A stretch of DNA of 64,000 nt, taken from Paracoccaceae bacterium (GTDB lineage: Bacteria; Pseudomonadota; Alphaproteobacteria; MPNO01; UBA830). The stretch is taken from the NCBI GenBank assembly GCA_047638395.1, contig JBLIMV010000017.1, positions 33,431 to 97,430 on the forward strand, in the 5' to 3' direction. This document shows positions 60,676 to 64,000 of the stretch, piece after piece (the first letter of the stretch is position 1; each line of letters starts with the position of its first letter). Below the pieces are notes generated by a model. It ran no database searches and was not told the DNA's origin. It saw nothing but the letters and a program-made list of their open reading frames with translations. The position numbers and the translations under genes are program-made.

Positions 60676-62031
60676 GTGAAGGCTTCAACACGCGGAAAGA
60701 GTGGCGCGCGCCTGCCCCTGATGCTGTTGCTTGGTTTTGTCGTCCTGATTGCGGGCGTCGCCGTGTGGCTTATAGTATCTTCTCCGGACCCCGTTGAGGT
60801 CGCTGAAACACCGGTCGAAAAGAAGACCGCCACGGCAGAACAAAAGCCTGCACAAAAATCTGCCGATAAACCCGCCACGGGGCCGATCACAGCCCCCGCC
60901 GCGAAGCCCGACGATAAATCGGCACATGACTCTCCCAAGGGCGAAAAGATACCAGCAACCCACAGTGATGATGCAGCTCACCAACGCCCGATTGATAAAA
61001 ACACTGCCAAGAAACCGGACCCGGCAGCAGCGAAGTCACCTGCGCAGACGGCGACTGCACCGCCGGAAATAGCGCCTAAGACCGCCGCGGACACACAGTC
61101 CAAGCCGCCAGCAAAACCAGCCCGAAAACCCGCCGTCACAAAACCGCAGGAGTCTTCGGCCATAACCCGCGCGGTGATGCCAAAAAAACTGCCGGCTGTG
61201 CCGCGGGATCCGCCCCTGTCACCATCGCCGGACCCGGCGCTGGTGCAGATGACGGCGCTTGGTCCGTTGCCCCGCGTGGGCGACGACGGACGGCTGCCCC
61301 GGCAGGTCTATGCAAAGCCGTTCAATACCGCCGACAACCGTCCGCGGATCGCAATCGTCGTGACCGGCCTTGGCCTCTCAGCCGCCGCAACTGAATCGGC
61401 AATCCAGGGATTGCCCGGCAGTGTTACGCTGGCATTCGCCCCGTATTCTCCGCGGTTAAACGAATGGATACGGCTGGCGCGCGCAGCCGGCCACGAAGTA
61501 CTGATCAATGTTCCGATGGAACCGACCAACTATCCGGCCTACGACCCCGGTCCTCAGACGCTGCTGACGACGCTCAATGCGGAGGGAAACCTCGACCGTC
61601 TGTTATGGAGCCTTAGTCGCGGGACCGGTTACGTGGGCGTGGTCGATTTTCTGGGATCGCAATTCACAACATCGCGGGATCATATGACCCCGGTCCTGAA
61701 TGCAATCAAACGACGCGGCCTGCTCTACCTCGACAGCAACAGTTCTCCGCGCAGCGTGTCGACAGTGGTGGCGGCGAGGCTCAACCTGGTCTCCGCCAAG
61801 GCGACGCTGACACTCGACGAGCGCGCTTCGCGGACGGAAATCGACCGACGGTTTGCAGAACTGGAACAGCGCGCCAAACGGGAACGGCGGGCAATCGGCA
61901 TCGCATCGCCCTATCCGGTATCGCTGGAGCGGATCGCGATTTGGGTGCGTCAGCTCGAAGCCCGTGGAATCGCGATAGCCCCTGTATCGGCCCTGACACA
62001 GGCACCTACACCTCCGAAAGCGGCACAATGA
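60676..62031 (+). CDS. divergent polysaccharide deacetylase family protein (YibQ-like) with N-terminal TM helix and Pro/Ala/Lys-rich linker
   Basis: The C-terminal domain pattern IAIVVTGLG..., NVPMEP, LYLDS is typical of YibQ/DUF610 proteins. Confidence 0.75.
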   Translation: MKASTRGKSGARLPLMLLLGFVVLIAGVAVWLIVSSPDPVEVAETPVEKKTATAEQKPAQKSADKPATGPITAPAAKPDDKSAHDSPKGEKIPATHSDDAAHQRPIDKNTAKKPDPAAAKSPAQTATAPPEIAPKTAADTQSKPPAKPARKPAVTKPQESSAITRAVMPKKLPAVPRDPPLSPSPDPALVQMTALGPLPRVGDDGRLPRQVYAKPFNTADNRPRIAIVVTGLGLSAAATESAIQGLPGSVTLAFAPYSPRLNEWIRLARAAGHEVLINVPMEPTNYPAYDPGPQTLLTTLNAEGNLDRLLWSLSRGTGYVGVVDFLGSQFTTSRDHMTPVLNAIKRRGLLYLDSNSSPRSVSTVVAARLNLVSAKATLTLDERASRTEIDRRFAELEQRAKRERRAIGIASPYPVSLERIAIWVRQLEARGIAIAPVSALTQAPTPPKAAQ

Positions 62032-62513
62032 CACTCAACTCGCCTCCACCGGCAGGGTATCGACCCTGTGTCGGCATCCTGTTGATCAACGATGATGGAG
62101 CGATCTTCGTGGGCGAGCGGATTGACACACCGGGCGCCTGGCAGATGCCGCAGGGCGGAATTGACACAGGTGAAACCGCCGTGGATGCCGTATTTCGCGA
62201 ACTGAAAGAGGAAACCGGGATAGCAACCGCCGAGCTTCTTGGCATCAGCGACACCTGGCGGAGTTACGACGTGCCACCGTCGATTGCGGCAACGGCCTGG
62301 GGCGGGCGGTTTCGCGGGCAGACACAGCTCTGGTCGGCGTTGCGATTTACAGGCACCCCGGGCGATATAGACATTCAGACAGAGCATGCCGAATTCAATC
62401 AATGGAAATGGACGGACCCGCAGACACTTCTGGCGGAAATCGTTGATTTCAAACGCGATTTGTACGCCGAGGTGCTATCGGAATTTCATATGCATGTCGG
62501 CCTGACGGCATAG
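62028..62513 (+). CDS. rppH: RNA pyrophosphohydrolase (NUDIX)
   Basis: The Nudix box GGIDTGETAVDAVFRELKEETGI is present. The N-terminus MTLNSPPPAGYRPCVGILLIN is typical of alphaproteobacterial RppH. Confidence 0.8.
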   Translation: MTLNSPPPAGYRPCVGILLINDDGAIFVGERIDTPGAWQMPQGGIDTGETAVDAVFRELKEETGIATAELLGISDTWRSYDVPPSIAATAWGGRFRGQTQLWSALRFTGTPGDIDIQTEHAEFNQWKWTDPQTLLAEIVDFKRDLYAEVLSEFHMHVGLTA

Positions 62514-62537
62514 AATCTCCAAGTACAATCGCAGCGT

Positions 62538-63395
62538 CTATTGCCGCGCCGCGCCGGACAGCCAGGACATCCAGATAGCGGCCCTGGGCGTAAATCGCCC
62601 ACGATACCAAATAAAGGCACGCGCGATGCGCGTAACAATCCAGCCGAGCGGGCCGGATGGATCAAGGCCCAAGGCATCGAAGACCATATCAATCATACGC
62701 CTGATATGGCTTGGCCTGTAATACCGCAGGGTTCCGCGGGCATAGGCGACGGAGTTCGGCCGCCGATCGAAGGGTTCATTCGGGCGGTTCGCCGCCCAAT
62801 ACGCCGTGGCGAGTTCGTCATCCTCTGCCTCGGAAATGCGCTCGAACGCAACGCGAAGACGCTCGCGGAGTGAGAGATCCTCGTTCTTGAGATACCGGCG
62901 CATGTAACTATGGAACATATGATAATGCGCGAATTCGTCTTCAGCGATACGGCGGCAGATTTCCTTCAGGGCCGGCTCATCCGTCGCATCCGCAAGCGCA
63001 CTGTAAAATGAGCTGGTACCGATCTCGACCATGCAGCGGGCCACCAGTTCACCAACCCGCGATCCCCGGACCGACTGTGAGACATCGAGCGGAAAAGCAA
63101 AGTTTTCCACGAACAGCTCGTAACTGCGCTCAAAGTTAAAGGTCGGATCAGCAAGTTCAGCCCATTTTCCCAAGACGGTGCCATGCTGAATTTCCTCGAG
63201 CGACCATTGCCGTATCGCCGCCTGGGTGCGCGCGTCGTCGTCGAGGACGTTGCTCAGATAATGGCGGTAGTCATCCGCGTTATATTCGACGACACATGCC
63301 GCTTTGATGATCGGCACAATTCCAGGGTCGACCCGGGATGCATCGAAGCTATCCCACGGAATATCTTTAAGCGACCAGCTTCCCATCTTCGCCAC
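62538..63395 (-). CDS. ferritin-like di-iron carboxylate domain protein
   Basis: Two ExxH motifs (LEEIQH and AEDEFAHYH) are spaced as in di-iron four-helix-bundle proteins. Length is 285 aa. The function is unknown. Confidence 0.5.
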   Translation of the reverse strand: MAKMGSWSLKDIPWDSFDASRVDPGIVPIIKAACVVEYNADDYRHYLSNVLDDDARTQAAIRQWSLEEIQHGTVLGKWAELADPTFNFERSYELFVENFAFPLDVSQSVRGSRVGELVARCMVEIGTSSFYSALADATDEPALKEICRRIAEDEFAHYHMFHSYMRRYLKNEDLSLRERLRVAFERISEAEDDELATAYWAANRPNEPFDRRPNSVAYARGTLRYYRPSHIRRMIDMVFDALGLDPSGPLGWIVTRIARAFIWYRGRFTPRAAIWMSWLSGAARQ

Positions 63396-63514
63396 CAGCA
63401 GGTTTGTGAGACCAACCGTTCACTACGCAGGCTAAACATGGTTTGGGTAAAATCGATTTCAACCCATCGTGGGCGTATTCAACCAGATACGGATAGATAC
63501 GTCTCGATCAATTT

Positions 63515-63543
63515 AGGGGCGGCGATATTGAATCGCCGCCCCT
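63515..63543 (-). terminator. rho-independent terminator candidate downstream of the ammonium transporter gene (GGGGCGGCGA-loop-TCGCCGCCCC)
   Basis: A 10-bp perfect GC-rich stem with a 7-nt loop sits about 30 nt after the amt stop on the minus strand. It is followed by a moderately U-rich run, UAAAUUGAU. Confidence 0.4.
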
Positions 63544-63574
63544 GATTAAATCGCTCTACGCAGGCGCGCGAACG

Positions 63575-64000
63575 TTAGTTGGGGTGGATACGCTCGCCAT
63601 GGGAGGTGATATCGAGCCCTTCGATCTCGTCCTCTTCATTGACGCGTAATCCAGTGGTTTTCTGGATGACCTTCACGATGATCCAGCTTATGACCAGCGA
63701 CCAGAGCGCTACGACGACAACGCCAAGGACCTGCACGCCAAACTGTTTGGTCATTGTCATGCCTTCACCAAGCCCCAGACCGCCAAGAGCCTCGGCGCCA
63801 AAGAACGATGTCAGCAAGATACCGAGTGCGCCGCCGACGCCATGAACCGCGAACACGTCGAGAGAATCGTCAATTTGGATCTTCTGCTTGATGAAACCGA
63901 CACACCAGTAGCACACGATGCCGGCGACAATACCGAACACCAGCGCGCCTGCCGGTCCGACAAAACCGGCGCCGGGGGTTATCGTCGCCAGCCCGGCAAC
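63575..64000 (-). CDS. amt: ammonium transporter (Amt family), C-terminal portion; gene continues beyond window end
   Basis: The C-terminal Amt transmembrane segments and cytoplasmic tail are present (VHGVGGALGILLTSFFG...EEDEIEGLDITSHGERIHPN). The ORF is open to the window edge. Confidence 0.85.
   Translation of the reverse strand, partial: VAGLATITPGAGFVGPAGALVFGIVAGIVCYWCVGFIKQKIQIDDSLDVFAVHGVGGALGILLTSFFGAEALGGLGLGEGMTMTKQFGVQVLGVVVVALWSLVISWIIVKVIQKTTGLRVNEEDEIEGLDITSHGERIHPN

Overview
This is a high-GC chromosomal segment, alphaproteobacterium-like in gene content. It is densely coding on both strands and carries one tRNA. I found no rRNA, CRISPR array, transposase or integrase. The content falls into ten blocks:

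- **50-3464:** a large patatin-like lipase and an ACMSD-type amidohydrolase.
- **3576-12085:** a selenium-utilisation cluster. It comprises an EgtB/SenA-like synthase, a small SenB-like glycosyltransferase, a PanE-like reductase, a pyridine-nucleotide-disulfide oxidoreductase::SelD fusion, and a translationally coupled PhnCDE-like (putative selenate) ABC importer.
- **12312-21126:** a GT4 glycosyltransferase, a UbiD-family decarboxylase and the glutamate synthase genes gltD and gltB.
- **21604-25519:** a gene pair. The first is a TPR + C-terminal beta-barrel outer-membrane protein with Slam-like architecture. The second is a 765-aa Gly/Pro/Thr/Cys-rich secreted protein.
- **25586-40806 (about 15 kb):** an aromatic-acid catabolic island. 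It holds a second UbiD, an LLM oxidoreductase, an orphan molybdopterin hydroxylase large subunit, two amidohydrolase-2 enzymes, a Rieske oxygenase alpha subunit, an alpha/beta hydrolase, two PhtD-like decarboxylases, a Zn-alcohol dehydrogenase, a COG0523 GTPase, a CMD-family protein, a class II aldolase and an AroE-like dehydrogenase.
- **40834-46470:** a CPBP protease, a hydantoinase A/B pair and an LLM oxidoreductase.
- **About 46640-47420:** a conspicuously low-GC islet encoding a Lys/Asn-rich secreted protein.
- **47571-49770:** an LLM oxidoreductase and a threonine synthase.
- **49993-62513:** a conserved housekeeping run: tRNA-Ser(CGA), rplU, rpmA, obgE, proB, proA, nadD, rsfS, rlmH, gpmI, envC-like, ctpA, yibQ-like and rppH.
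- **62538-64000:** a ferritin-like di-iron protein and the 3' end of an ammonium transporter that runs off the window.

The most notable candidates are the selenoneine-type selenium cluster with its dedicated importer, the Slam-like translocon/cargo pair, and the low-GC islet.
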